Positions 1-13,843 of a DNA stretch of 64,000 nt are shown one piece after another. The DNA lies in NCBI GenBank assembly GCA_010909165.1, contig VJWM01000025.1, positions 3,038,001 to 3,102,000 of the forward strand, read 5' to 3'. A program made the translations under genes and the position numbers. The stretch comes from Anthoceros angustus. Its lineage: Eukaryota > Plantae > Anthocerotophyta. Position 1 is the stretch's first letter. Each line of letters opens with the position of its first letter. The notes below the pieces were generated by a model that saw only the letters and a program-made list of their open reading frames with translations, searched no databases and had not been told where the DNA came from.

Positions 1-128
1 AGATCCTCTACCTACAGGATTAGGATCAGGACCAGGATCAGATCAGCCGTTTGGTAGCAGCAGCAGCAAATGCAGGCAGGGAAGGCAAGGCAAGTCAAGG
101 CAACAGCAATTGAGATTGTAATCCTGAC

Positions 129-314
129 CTTGGAGGTGTAATCCTGCTCCGCGAACTTGAAGGCCACGCCGAGGCAGGCGAAGAGGACGGACACCCGGGC
201 GCAGGCGAGGGAGAAGGGACGGAGGCGGAGCACGGGGTCGGCGTCTTGCTGCAACTGGCCCGCCAGGTCGGAGAAGGAGTCGGTCATGGCCTTGAGCGGT
301 GGAGGCGCTGCCAT
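129..314 (-). CDS. ACD11: ACD11-like glycolipid/ceramide-1-phosphate transfer protein (GLTP fold), exon 1 only; gene continues off the left edge
   Basis: Translation MAAPPPLKAMTDSFSDLA...FSLACARVSVLFACLGVAFKFAEQDYTSK matches the ACD11 motif FSHACSLVSPLFGCLGIAFKFAEMDYVAK; AAG|GTCAG donor at 128. Alternative ATG at 326. Confidence 0.85.
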
Positions 315-694
315 GTCGCCGGGCATCGAATTGGAGCGCAGCAGAGCAGCACGGGAATCGGGCGTGACTCAGAACGTGTTGTTTGTTGCTCCCGGCCGCC
401 TTGTTTGATAAAAAATTAGAGGTCCGACCCGCTCGGGAGGTCTCCTCGTGAAGCCCACGGCATGGCGGTCATATATAGGGTTGGAGGGAGCTCCTCACGC
501 GGTGCCGGCCGCTGCTCGGGCATTGAATCATCCTGCACCTACCAAGTTCAAGCCCGTTTCTGCCCGCGCGTCTCGGTGGATCAAGGCCAGCCAGCCGTGC
601 TGCACTCATCTCCCTGCCAGAAGACGCAGCCACAGCCAGAAGAAGTAGAGCCGGAAGCAAGAGGCAGGAGCGCGGAGGAGCGGGAGCAGCAGCT

Positions 695-1887
695 ATGGCG
701 TCCAACGCGGTGTCCATGCTTGGGCTGGTGCGCATTCCTGCTGCTCCGCTTCCCGCCGCGGGCTGCGCGCAGCATAGGTTCAATGCACCGGGGCCGCTTC
801 CGGCAGTGGCCCTGGGGAGCTCGGGGAGGAAGGCTGCGGCCGCGCCCGGGGAGCCTCTGAGGCAGAGGCTCTCCAACAAGTCCAGATTGGTGGCCAGCGG
901 CTACGACTACGATGCGGAGCCGGTGCTGCCGGCTCACGAAGCCGGGGAGTACATCAAGGGGGCTGCCACAGCCGTGGCGGAGGAGGTGACCGGAGTGAAG
1001 GAGCTGAAGCAGAGCCTGGTGGACTCCTTCTACGGCACGCAGCGTGGCCTGCGCGCTAGTAGCGATACTCGGGCCGAGATCGTGGAGCTCATCTCGCAGC
1101 TTGAGGCCAGGAACCCGACGCCGGCCCCGACAGAGGCCCTGTCGCTGCTGGACGGCAAATGGATCCTTGCGTTAGTCGTCTCTCCGTTGCTCGCCTAGCC
1201 TTCTTCATATCTTCCGTCTGTTTGTTGTAGGACATGCGTTCTCATGTGCTGCCGTTGCTGCTGCAGGTACACATCCTTCTCGGAGCTCTTCCCCTTGCTG
1301 GCCGCAGGAAGCTTGCCCTTGGTGCAGGTGGGAGAGATCAGCCAAACCATTGACTCCTCCGCGCTCACAGTGCAGAACTCCGTCACCTTCACCGGCCCCC
1401 TGGCCACCACGTCCTTCAGCGCATCAGCCTCGTTCGAAGTCCGCAGCCCCAAGCGGGTGCAGGTAGTCTTCAATGCACACACCATCAGCTGGCTGCCTTC
1501 GTCATGTCGTCCTCAAACTTGTGCCGGCCTGTATGACGCAGCGGTGTGATGTATGGTATGGTATGTGCTTTGCAGATCAAGTTTGAGGAAGGAATCATTG
1601 GCACGCCACAACTGACCGACGCCATCGAGATCCCCGAGAGCGTGGAAGTCCTTGGCCGGAAAGTCGAGCTGGCGCCTATCAGGAGCATACTGACTCCGCT
1701 CCAGGATGCCGCCACCACCATCGCCAAGACTGTGTCCGGCCAACCGCCTTTGAAGTTCTCCCTTTCGCGCGCCGAGTCCCAGTCCTGGCTACTCACCACG
1801 TTCCTGGACGAGGATCTGCGGATATCCAAAGGAGACGCCGGGAGCGTCTTCGTCCTCATCAAGGAAGGCAGCCCATTGTTGCTCTAA
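695..1887 (+). CDS. FBN1: Plastid-lipid-associated protein / fibrillin 1 (plastoglobulin), 3 exons (695-1170, 1267-1462, 1576-1887)
   Basis: Transit-peptide-like N-terminus; [73 protein letters not shown]; GT-AG introns join the frames. Confidence 0.93.
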
Positions 1888-2281
1888 TTTTCTCCATCGT
1901 GACCAGGCTTCCAGACCGAGGCCCTCGCTATACACCTACATCTTGGCCTCGTCTGTCACTGGAAGACTTGCAAGTGACCAGTGTGTGTAATATATCATTT
2001 CCTTGTGTTGGCCGTTTTGGCCCTGCACATAATGAACTATGACGCATACAGATCTGTTCACAGTGGCTCTGTTCACAGCAGTCCCCTTACAACTGATACC
2101 ATATCTCGATGAGAGCATCTCAACCTTCTAACCGGGGGGCAGCTACTAGCAAGAGATGCTGGTAAAAGTGGTCTTCGTCCACCTTGCTAGCTGAACCAGC
2201 TTGCACCATCCATGAGCTTACCGACATGGTAAGTATTACCTGGCGCACGCAAGGGAAGCTTTCTGCCCCCAGCTGTTTCAG

Positions 2282-3400
2282 CTACAAGGGCAAAAGAAGT
2301 ACGGGACACGGGACGAACTCAGCCAGCAGATTTCCGTCAATGTGCTTCGAGTGTATGGCCTCCATGCTTAACACAACAAGATCCAGTTGCAAGTCATCAG
2401 CAACTTCCCCGATCACCGCAGCAGGCCGCTTTCCTTCTCCGAGCTTCTCCATCAAGCCAAAATTTTCGAAGCCACCTACATCACCAAACGAAACAAGAGT
2501 GCTAACCCAGGGTGAGGAAACTATTAGCCCAACCCAGAGTAGTTGTTGTTCTTGTTGTTGAGCTACTACTGCCCTAGTACAGATAGGAGTAAACATACCC
2601 TCAGCAAGGTGCCATCGAATGTTTTTCAGTCTCAAATCATGATCGGATAACGACTCCTTGGCTTTATCATCAATCACTGCAAGGCAGGATACAAATCGAG
2701 CCACTTGTAAGGAGCCAACCCCGGAAACGAAAAGGGAAACATGCAAAGGAATTGCTGACAGTCACGGATGGTTAGTTAGTCAACGTGATGTCTGCACCCA
2801 CCAACGACCGTGATATCTGCACCATACTTGGTCGCCAAAGCTGTGGTGGTGGCTGCAGCCTACGGACACACAAAACCAAGATTCTTCACAACTCAGGATG
2901 AAGCTTCTGCACAAGTGCCGAGCAGCAAGACAATTCATTGTGGGGGAGTCATCCCTCCTGATGTCACGAATTGGGGACGACAAGTTCACCGAAGCATGTG
3001 GGTGGGTTTGGCTGTGTAGGAGACCTAAGGCCCGTACCTGTCTAGTAGCCTCAGAGAGGTAGGGATTGCTGTCGAGAATTGGCAGCAAAACGTGCTTAAA
3101 TGTGGTGGCAGTCGCGATCACTGCAGGCCCGTCGCTTGCAGCTTGAGACTGTGCCCGCACTGGCCACGCACACGCAAGCTCCGAGCTCCACTCACCCAAG
3201 CCTTTCCCGGACACCGAATTCCTCGAGATGAAGGCGTCAAAGTGCGCAATGGACGGGGCCAGAGGCAGAGCATGCTGCTGCAGGACTGGGCGGGTGGAGG
3301 TGGTCCACCGGCAATGCCCATGCCCAAGCTCCCTCATTGGCACCGACGAGCAGCACAGCCCCGCTCCCGGCAATCCCACGCCGCACTGCACCGCCGCCAT
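2282..3400 (-). CDS. Plastid-targeted universal-stress-protein (adenine nucleotide alpha hydrolase)-like protein, 4 exons (3400-3039, 2859-2802, 2677-2599, 2475-2282)
   Basis: FKHVLLPILDSNPYLSEATRQ / AAATTTALATKYGADITVV / IRWHLAEGGF / IGEVADDLQLDLVVLSMEAIHSKHIDGNLLAEFVPCPVLLLPL; canonical splice sites in compatible phases. Confidence 0.85.
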
Positions 3401-3850
3401 CGAGCTCCTCCCGGAGTCTATCCAGCCTCAACAGATCAAAGCACTGGAATATTACGATCCACGCCGTGGCCTTCACGATCTGCCTTGTTTGTCAAATTTG
3501 GAAGGTAAGCAAATTGCACCGCACATGACACTTGACACCACAGGTAGAATAAGAGAGTGCACCTATCAAGTGTGGGCTCGATCCCACCGGAAGAAACTCT
3601 GCCCAGCACCAACGGAAGCATCGAGAGGCTCGAGGAGTCCAGACCCTTCTTCCCTACTGCGGGCCAGTCACCACACCTTCCACGTCAGCAACTGTCTCAT
3701 CTTACATGTGTGCAGTGGCATGTGAGTGATACCTACGTTGTACACAACGCATCTAACTCCAACCGGGCATCCACGATGGTGTGGTTGGTACTCCGGTCAT
3801 GTGCTTCATGTCGACCTACTTCTACTGCTAACTGATGTGGTTGAAATTGG

Positions 3851-6800
3851 CTAGGCAGCTGATTTCATATTTGCCCTCACATCGTCTTCAATCTGGTCCA
3901 AGAAAGAAACAAAACCCATGCCCGTTGCAATGCCGCTCCCATCTACATCCTGCTCCTCGATCAGATGGCGCTCGAAAGGCTCCGTGACATCGTGGCCTCC
4001 TCTGATCATAAATAACTTGGGTGTCACATTCCGCTCCTGCTTCAACCTGTTGATGGTCGCTCGCAGGGCACCTACAGGACAGGAACGCAGATTCCGCAAA
4101 TCAATCCAAAACGGTGGTAAGACTCACCAGGTTGAGATGTAGACACAGTTCAGATGCCTTACTGTTTTGAGGTGGGGGGAAGGGGATGGCCGGATCTGCT
4201 GTCGGTGCGTAATACACAACAAGAGAAGTGAAGGCATCGAGGAAAAAAATGGGGCTGGCACTTGTTATCAAGGCGGATCGGCTTAAAGAATGGCGTGGAA
4301 AAGCCTGTTTGTCTGGCGTAAGATATGATGACATGACGGGATATACAGCTCGAAGCAGATTCGAGGGCTCCAGGGCACTGCAAGGCAAAAGAAAGGTCGA
4401 AACCACTTGTGTTAGCTTTGGCGTGCAAAACAGCTCAGTTGCAAAACAATGTACAGCATCATAGCAGCCACCTGAACAAGCAGTGAAGGTATATGCGGTA
4501 ATCAGGGTGGACACCCTCTTCGTGGCTGACTAAAAGTGGATTTCGGAGAAGTGCAAAAACCAGCCTTGGCAATGGTTGAAGCTGTGTGCATTTGGCGAAG
4601 GTTACATCAAGGCGAGTCATTGTATTCGGTTGCCCAAACTGCGCCAGTTGGTAGTAGGAATTGTATTGAGACGCCAGGATCACGAGCCAGTCATGGAGCA
4701 ACAGTCGCGCTTCCTTCACCCCTTCCTCCAACGAGACTCGCATGATCTGGATGAGAGAGATTTTAGACCTTTCCAAATTGCACCAATCACGATTTGACAA
4801 GCATTATCAAATAAGTTGCTGTACAGAAACATCCTCAATTACCTTGTGAGTGAGAATTGAGAGAACAACCTCAGGATCCGCACCCTCATATAACTCCATA
4901 TAGTTTCGAGCTATACCAAGTTCAAGAGTCCGAATCCTTATCCGTCTCTTGACTACGAATTTCGGTCTGGTACAAACAAGGCAACTTCATCGATGGAGCC
5001 CTTTTAATCAAGTGTATCATGTTTCCACTTTGAACTTGCAGCAATACCTTTTTAGAGGAGCTGCCTTTCCTATCTCACTTCCACAGTTCGTTGATGAGTT
5101 GTCATCCACAGGAACCATCACCGAGTACTGAAAAGCAACCTGTAGAACCGGAGTAGCATCTTGATCCCTGCAGGTCCCCGCGACATAGTTGTAAGAACAA
5201 ACGTCACAAGATAGCAGGTCTAGGGCATAAACGACGTAGAGCCTTCAGATCACCTGGGAAAGCCACTGCCCTTCTTGAACTCAAAATCATAAGCATAAGT
5301 TTGAAAAGGATTACAGCAAATTATGTGCTGCAGATTATCATACAGAGGATCCGCAAAGAAGTGGCCATACTGCAAATAAGTGCCGTAAACCCAGAGGCAC
5401 ATCAGGAGCTTTACATCAGTTAAGAACACCAGACACACCGGCACCAGAAAGATGAAAACAAAACAAGTGTACTTACAGATCGAGCAACATCGAACTCTGG
5501 TGAGGTTCGGAGACGCAGAACACACCCGAATGCAAAAGGACGGGTGAGCATGCGATACCTAAATCATAAGCCACTGTCAGCACAGAAAGGAATTGTCTTC
5601 AGGCACACTAGCACAATATGCCTGCACCACAGGTCAAAGGTAAAGTGCAGCTCCTCTCCTACAGAAGATAAAAACAAGAAGAGGACATACAAGTCTTGTG
5701 GAAGTGTTGTCTCATCTGTATTCGAGTACAGAAGTAAACTGCCACCGCTCTCTATGCTCAAATATTTCAACGATGCTAAGTCAGTGTACTCATCTGTAAC
5801 AGCAAATAAATCGACACAGACTCCAGTTTGGACCGCAAGTGCAGCCTGCAGATGGTGTGGGACATCCAGCAAGAAAATGATGAGATCCTGCCTCAAGGAA
5901 CGTGAACGACACAAATTCCGACACGTTCACTCCACAGGAAGCCCACCAGGTCTTTGTAAAAAGACGTTTGCTCAGGAAGTAGAGCCTTGTCTGCGTCAAG
6001 GCCCTTACTGGCATACTGCTCCCCATAGCGCTTCGTATCCAGTTGCCCTGGTCCATAATCGGGTGGACCCGAAAGAAAAGCAAACACTCTAGCTGCCACA
6101 GGACATTGAGCAGCTGACAAAGTTAGAAACTTAGGCCTCCTAATGATAATGAGGGTAAAAGAGTAAAGGTCCAAGATGTACCCAGGGCAAACGTAACGCC
6201 CTGCCCCATGCCGAGGTACTTGACAAGAGCTTCCATGGCTGCACCAAACCCTCGGCCACCCATACTAACCCCTTCAATTCCTTGCCCTGCAGCTGTGGTC
6301 CTCTCCCATGAGCTTGTAGGTCTCAGAGTTTCTAAAGCTGCGGCAATGTTCTCCTTGTTTCCTTCAACCTAACACCCATTTCCAATGACAACATTGTAGG
6401 ATCTACATACCGCCAAACAACTGCTCACCGGCGTAACATAACCTTACGTAGCACAAGCTTTACCGGTGCCAAGAAACTGAGAAGCGGCATAGCATCTTCC
6501 AGATCGACCGGAATCTTCGCATCAGGTTCTGCCGGGACCATGACTTTCTTGATCAAAGGCACCGCGCCTTGAACGTCATACAGCCCGATCTTGTGACTAA
6601 ATGTCAGCAGCCCGAACAAGGACCCAGGACCAACAGCTGCACACGCAACCGGAACTGACCCTCAGTGACAATGCTCCACAATCCAGAGTCCTGACCATGC
6701 AAACAGCTTGGGATCCAGGAGATGCCAGTCACCTTCCAAGGCAGCAAGGAGAGCACTCTTCACGAGCTCCAGAAACTCCTCCGAAGCTGCGGCATAGGCA

Positions 6801-7488
6801 AACCATCAGTCATGGCAACAAACAGGACATACTCGAACAGAATCCTTGCCAAGGGATCCCCATACCTGATAGATCAATAGCCGCGACATACACAGGCCTC
6901 GCAGTTAGCTCTTGGTCAGGGCCGCTCCCCTCCTCTGCTCACAGATGAACTTCGATAAGAGGTCTGCCAAAACTTGGATTTGAGAGACACTCCTCCGAGC
7001 CAAACCAAGCCAAACAGGAATTACTTCCAGATTCATCTCATGCGTGCAGGATCCAGAATTCGTCCCAGGACAAACGCACACCAACCAAAGCATAGCATAG
7101 CAGACGACGGGCTCGGATCTGAGCCAACACGGAGCTGAATTGCACAGGAGAGCGGAAAACCTTGAAAGTCGAGGTCGATGAAGGAGGAGGAGAGCTCCGG
7201 GCAGGCCTCCTGCGTGGAGTAGCGGGAGGCGTGCTCGGGGGCGAGGCGGTTGCGGTAGCCGCAGAGGCCGCAGGTCCAGTGCCATCGGAACACCTCGCAG
7301 ACCACGCTGATGTAGCCGTAGCAGCTCTCGCAGCGAGGGAGCTGCTCGCCATGCTCCCCGAACAGGGGCTGGTGGCCGTGCTCGTCGTGGGCAGCGAAGG
7401 GTGTGAGAGTGGCGGCCCAGGGCACCCCGCTCGAGTCCAGCATCTCCTCGTCGACGGGACATCGCGCCAGCGACACCCGCACCGCCAT
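3851..7488 (-). CDS. SEC23: COPII coat Sec23/Sec24 family protein (SEC23D-like), multi-exon
   Basis: N-terminus MAVRVSLARCP...LPRCESCYGYI...WTCGLC (zinc finger); exons with VDLFAVTDEYTDLASLKYLSIESGG and LDAFTSLVVYY; C-terminus EEQDVDGSG...MGFVSFLDQI. Confidence 0.9.
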
Positions 7489-7608
7489 CGCTCTCCTCGC
7501 CTCGCTCGATGCTTTCCCAAAACGCTCAGCCTTCCCGGGTTGCTCTGAGCATTTCCATCTCCAGGAAAAAGGGAACAAGTGTGAACTCGATCGAGCGAGT
7601 CAGCTCGC

Positions 7609-10360
7609 TCACCAAACTTCCTTCCAGCCGGCCCAGCTGGATGAACCTAAAACCAAGGATAAACCCTTCTTGGTGCATAAAACGAAGCACATTATGGTGA
7701 TGAAGGAGCCCAAGACTCCTGCTATGAAAGGCATGCCGAGAGGCAATCCCGATTTATGAGGCGCTTCTTGCACAGCCCTTGTGCTCGCCAGAGTTTGGGG
7801 TGGAGCAGGTGGTGTTGGACACACATCATGTAAAGGCAGCCCACACAATCCCGGGTTTCCTTCATAGGAACTGCTGCTGAATCTTGTCCCGAATCGTGGA
7901 ATCTGGCCAGTTAGGTTGTTGTTAGACACATCGAAGCACTCTAGACTCGCTAATTCACCGAGTTCGAGTGGTATGCTACTGGTCAGCTCATTGTTGGACA
8001 GATCTATTTGGTTTATGGAAGTCATATCACCGAACGAGGAAGGGATGGATAGGACCAGCTTTTTGTGGGAGAAGTTTAAGTATCTCAATCCCTGAAGGGC
8101 CGATAGTTCAGAAGGGATCTCACCAAGTAAGTTGCTACCCGACAGGTCCAGGATTGTGGTTGCAGGAGATAGAACGAACGCACTGTGAGCAGAGAGATGT
8201 CACTTGGGATAGTACCGTCCAGCTGGTTTCCAGCCAGTATTAGGATGAATAAGCTCTTGAATGAAGTGCCAATCCAAGAAGGAATGCTCCTCTGAAACCT
8301 GTTTGAATACAGAATCACCACATTTATGCCTCTGCCTATGCGTGTATCTGATAGGGTGTGTAAGGCATCGGAAATGCTTCCGCTCAACTGGTTTTGCTGC
8401 AAGTCCAGCAGGGATAATGACGAAGAGTTTCGGAAAGCGGTTGGAAGTTCACCCATGAAGTTGTTTTGGGTAGCGATGAGGAATTTGAGGAGGGTTGCTG
8501 CCCCTAAGCTCTCCGGCAGGGTACCTGAGAATCTGTTCCGGGAGAGAACCAAGTACTCGAGTTGGGCCATGGTACCCCAGTTCACCAGAGAAAGTGATCC
8601 TTCCAACTGATTCTTGCTGATCCTGCAGAATTGTGAGATTTCCTATCCCACTGGCAAGCTGACCTGAAAAATCGTTGTCGTTCCATTCCCAGTCAGTTAA
8701 GGAAGTGCACTTCCCCCACGACGCTGGGATAGCACCTGACAGATACATTTCAGATAAGACCAGTTGCAAGAGGTGACTGAACATCCCGAGCTCTTCAGGA
8801 AGGGCCCCTGCAATGGAGTTTTTCACTGGAATCCCAAGCTTAAACCTCCAATGTACACCGGCACCAAATTCCTGCAAGAGGCAACCTCGGCAGGAATGGT
8901 CCCGTTCAGATCATTATATGTGACAGGCAGAGAGGATAATGTCGATAGGTTGCCAATGGCCTTGGGGATCGGCCCAGTGAAGTAATTTTCCTGCTGATTC
9001 AACACTTCGAGGGAGCTGGGAAACTCGGGAATACTCCCCTCCAATTTGTTCCGGAACACGTATAAATATCTCAGGGAGGTGCAATGTTTGAAGAAGGGCA
9101 CTTCACCGGTGAAGTCAGTGTACCCTATGTCCAACTGCACCAGATTCTGCAGATTAGCCAATTTTTGAGGGATCACGCCGTGGGGCTGCTCTGCTGCTGT
9201 AACGTCCGGCTCGATTCCATGTTGATAGAAAGCTGGCGCAAGCTCAAAATCCTGGAAGAGCTTTAGAAGAAAGTCCCAGCTCCAGGACCTAAGGTTGGCT
9301 AATTCCCTGGGAACGACCCCTGTGAGATTGTTGAAGGACAAGTCGATATACTGCAGGTGGCTGAGATTCCCCAGGGTTGTGGGGATGGCCCCTGTGAGCG
9401 AGTGTGCCGTGAAGTCCAGATGCAGCGAGGACTTGAGCAAGCCAAGTTCTGGAGGAATGCTGCCTGAGATTTGGGTTCCTGTTACGCGCAGTCGCTGCAG
9501 AGAGGACATATTCTTGAGGAAGTCGGAGGTCAGGAAGGTTCCGTTCAGGTTGCTCTGCATCAACGAAGAAGCCGATAGGTTGCCAAGGTCCAAGAGCACC
9601 ATATTGCTGCATGACTTGAGGGTTGCAGGAATCTCTCGTTCCAGCCCAGTATTGTTCAGAGAGGCCAGCCCAGTGAGGTTCCCCAAACTAACAGGAATGC
9701 CCCCGGTCAGGAGATTCTGCGACAAATCCAACTCCTGCAGCTTGAGCAGCGATGATCCTATCCATGCAGGTATGCCTCCTGTGAGCCGGGAGTGAGACAA
9801 GCGCAAGCGGGTCAAGGCCGAGCAGTTGGCAAGGGAGCTGGGAGTGGTGCCAGAGAGCTGATTGGAAGCAGACCCATCTGATGCTGTGCCCAGGTCCAGC
9901 TCAACCAACTGTTGACACAATCCCAGCCCCTGACAAATTGTTGCTTCCCAGCAAAAGCACCTCCAAATTCACCAGCGAGCCAACTGAGGAAGGAATCGTG
10001 CCAGTCATCAAGTTGGAGCCGAGGTTCAGGCACATGAGGTTGGTAGCGTTGCCAAGTTCCACGCAGCCTGTTGGAGGACAGATTGAGGTGGGTGAGGAAG
10101 AGTTGAACACAGAAGGATTCAGGCGTCCCTTGAGATTGAAACCGGGCAAGCTTAGAGAAGCACTTGTTCAGGTCCGCTGCAGCCTACACCTTCCCAGTGC
10201 AAATTGGGGAGGACAAATTCCAACTGGCCAGCAGCACGCCTCCCGGATCCTCCTCAATGCCCACTCTGAGAGTGGCCCAACAACATGAACTGAAGTGTGA
10301 AACTGAAAGTGGCCCAACGACATGAACTGAAGTGTGACGCAGGCAGCAACCTCCAACATT
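7609..10360 (-). pseudogene. LRR receptor-like protein (RLP) pseudogene: LRRNT cap, many plant extracellular LRRs, GNPGLCG cap, transmembrane helix, no kinase
   Basis: LxxLxLsxNxLtGxIPxxlg repeats are split over at least five ORFs (9901-10149, 8823-9920, 8449-8877, 8085-8606, 7609-8088); the LRRNT cap (LASWNLSSPIC/WEGVGCS) is broken by a 1-nt shift; FSSSSYEGNPGLCG is followed by a hydrophobic stretch. Confidence 0.85.
10270..10338. repeat. Two-copy ~37-bp tandem duplication at the 5' end of the RLP pseudogene
   Basis: agtggcccaac(a/g)acatgaactgaagtgtga occurs twice in tandem. Confidence 0.8.
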
Positions 10361-10793
10361 CGAAAGAAAGTGTGAACAACCCGGCGACCTCCATCACTGC
10401 TTGTGCTTCACAGCTCCAAGGAGTGGCAACGCACTTTCATCATATATACATGCTAGTACAAAATACACCGCCTGTGCATATTTCAAAGGACACCTGAAAC
10501 GTTTACTGGAGTTCAGGGAAACAGATCCACTGGACTTGCAAGCTCAGTCACTGCTTGGGCTACCTACCCAGCTCCACGGAGGACTGGTATTTCCATCAGG
10601 TGTGACCACAACATGTCAAATACATCGGAGAAGGGCACGTAACACCATGTATGCAGGCTGGTGCAAGTTCCCGTCGTCTTTTCCAAAATGACAGAAAATT
10701 AGTGTAGATTCCTTGCCACATGGCAGCTAAATCGCGCAGCATCTTCACTACATGCCAGACCATCGTGCCTACACACCCATTGGCTCACACAAC

Positions 10794-13444
10794 TCAGACG
10801 TTCGGGGGCGGCCAGATTTTAGAAAAGTATTCCTCCACCCGTTTCGTCTGACTTGTGTATCCCTCAAGGCTCTTCTCCAGGAGTTCCGTAGCAGCGGGTC
10901 CTAAAGCAGCAGCGAACGTCTTTTGATCCCACTTCACCAACTGCGATTCCCACGGCCCCACTCCTTTAAAGACTTGGTGTTGCAAATGTACGATGATAGC
11001 TTTTGCTGAGTGATGAGAAATACTCTGAGGCTTTCAGTAGAAAAAAAAAACACAATAGTTCGAGACACGTTACCTCGTCGCTAGAAATCCGAATGGACTG
11101 AGCAGATGGTGGGGACAATCTCCTCACGAAGGAGTATTTATCTTCCAAATCCGCCCTCGATTCCTTGAGGGATTGGAGGACTTTCAGTGGGACGATAAGG
11201 TAGTCCAGTCTGCCCAAGTCTTGCACCAATCAGTAAGTCTCGAGCTGGAAAGTTGGATGGTAGATTGCCTGCAACCACGTGTGCAACTCACCCGAGAAGG
11301 CTGAAAACATCCTGCTTGTTTCTCACTGCAGCGGCCATCAGCTTCGTCTTGTACCCACTTTTGTGAATGTAGTTGTACGCCTTTGTTGCCTGTAAACACA
11401 AGTCAGAGCTCACATACCCAACGACCTATACCCCACACGATACGCAAAAGAGGAGAGCGATGGTGATGATGATTTTTACCAGAGCTACCCCAGGGTCTTC
11501 TCCCCGTTCCTTGGCTGCATCAATCTCTTTGTCACCTGAGTGATTGCGTGCCCAATCCTGGACCACGAGATCCGGAGGTTAGCAAAGTTTGCATCTACGC
11601 TCACTTGTAGGTGATTGCCTCGTAGTTATAACACGCACCCGAACGCGGCCAACAAATATTTGGACTACAGAGACTCCAGCCTGGGCGGCTGCAGAGGCTT
11701 GAGGGAAACTGAAAGAAGATGGCAAGAAGGAAGAATACAACTCAGGGTTGTCACCCATCAAGAGTTTCTTCACAGTGTTTGCAACATGCGTAAGCAAGAA
11801 AAACACTGAACCTGTAGACAAGGGTAACATGGGTTTGAATGCCTTCGGATTCAAGCTTCCGTGCTGCTTCAATCCCCTGCAACAATGCAGAGTTATCAGC
11901 ACGCAGCCTCTACTGGATGGACGAGCTGTACTGGACGGCTCAGGTCGTACATATCTCGCAAAACATGCAGAAATGTGGAGCATACCTGCCAAGTGCCAGC
12001 AATTTTGAAGAGAAGCCGATCCCTTGGTACTCCAACCTCATCATACAATCTCAAAAGATGATGGACCTGAAAGAAAGCAGCCACAATTGGCATCTAAGTC
12101 AAGGTGCATATTCCAAAAACACTGCAGACGTCTTCAAGACATGCAGTTAACCTAAGATGCAGACCAGATGGCCCTTCAAAAAGCTATGAACTGTGCTCTT
12201 GTGCTCTTTCGACTTCCAAGAGTCATGACGTAACCAGGTCACATGTGGTCATTTGCAAAGCAGTCCATAGAAGGACTCCATAAGTCAATGGTCAACTGAT
12301 GGTCCAGCCACATCACCTTCTTGACGATGCCCTCCGTATCATATGCAAGTCGAGCATCCACTTCTGTGGAAACACGGCCTGGGACAAGCTTCACAAGGTC
12401 TGCTCCAACGTTAACCAAGGCCTGTGCATCGACAAATCCTCTTCACATTGATTCATGATACAAAATGCTGAGACAAACGGCATATTCTGGAGCCAAAGGG
12501 GAAGCTTGTGAATGCTATTCACAGAAACGGTATCATAACACCTTGTCCAGGAAGCACGATAAGCGGTCAGCAGTAGTGCTCTCAGCATAGCATTCTCCAT
12601 AGGCCAGTGCACTGTCTATAGCACTCTGAAATGGGACAGAAGCATAAGTCATGCAAGGACCAGACGCATCAGAGCTGGTTTACAAATCATACCAGCATTC
12701 TAGACAATAACTCTTACGCTGTACTTGGCCTCCGGCAGACCTGTGATACCCAGGATCAAAGACGAGCTTACAGTTGCTGCAGTCGGGGGAAATCTGCCAC
12801 ACACAACCCAAAGACATGGCTCACATCTTCCTCAACAAAATCCAAGGTCACCACAGCTGGAGGAAAACCTTCAGAAACACGAAGAACACAGCTGACCGTG
12901 TCATAAACAACATGCTGTCAGAGTAACAAGAGCATGATGGTGCACCTTTCAAAATCATCGAAGATAACAGTGTCAGGAACAATTTCACTGAAGCCCGATA
13001 TCGCATCCAGCTCTGTCCCTTCAACTGTCAAAACACAGAAGAAATGACGAGCTTATGAAACAGTGAAATGAACGGCTAGCATGCAAAGACCTCTGAAAAT
13101 GTGAAGGCCTCTAACCTACGCTCGGGCCCGCACGAACACCGGAAGCGATCAACTTGCACGGAACCTCGCTCCCCGACCTCAGTCTTCCACATGGTAGAAA
13201 ACGGCAGCCGTCGTCCTACAATTTCCAGAAATCCAGAAAACAGGAGGCGCGACAGAAAATCAGCACCAGATCCCTCTGTTCCGCAGCTGATGGGCTTCCA
13301 GAGCCCACAGAAAGAGCAGGGCAAGACGCTCCAAGATGTCCCGCGAGTTCTTGCCTTCAATGCATGTGCCCCGCCGTGTGAGGAGACGCGTTCGCGGCTC
13401 AGCGCGGACAAGGGAGAGCAAACGCGAGCTGCTGCGGAAGCCAT
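10794..13444 (-). CDS. TAL: Plastid transaldolase (AT1G12230-like), multi-exon
   Basis: Exons encode [70 protein letters not shown], and the C-terminus [11 protein letters not shown]. Confidence 0.92.
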
Positions 13445-13843
13445 CGCAAATTACAAATGGCAAATGCACGCAGCCCAGAAGACGATCGATCGACCCTTCC
13501 TCTTGAGTGTCTTCCGCAAACGCATGCACAAGTGGAATGTGGATATGTCCGTCGTCTGCGTGGCACCGGATACATTAACCTGTTCCCACGGGCGAACCGG
13601 TTAGTCACTTGACCGGGTTGCGTATCCAGCGGATAGCGAGTTGTGGACATCCGATAGCCGTGGCGCCCGCGCTGGTTGGCTGAATGTCGTCCGCATTTCG
13701 ATTGCAGGCAAATGCAAGCTTCAAATGCTTCTGCCTAGATTCGAGCCTCTGAAGGGAAGCTGGGTTCTTCCAATCGGGGGTCATGTGATCTCAAAGCTGG
13801 TGAACTTTGGCTGGATTCTGGAAACTAATTCCAGAGCTTCAGG

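Noticed and set aside
3337-3835. Small plus-strand ORFs with an AAG|GTAAG donor between the USP-like and SEC23 genes
   Set aside because: No recognisable product; most likely UTR or promoter sequence.
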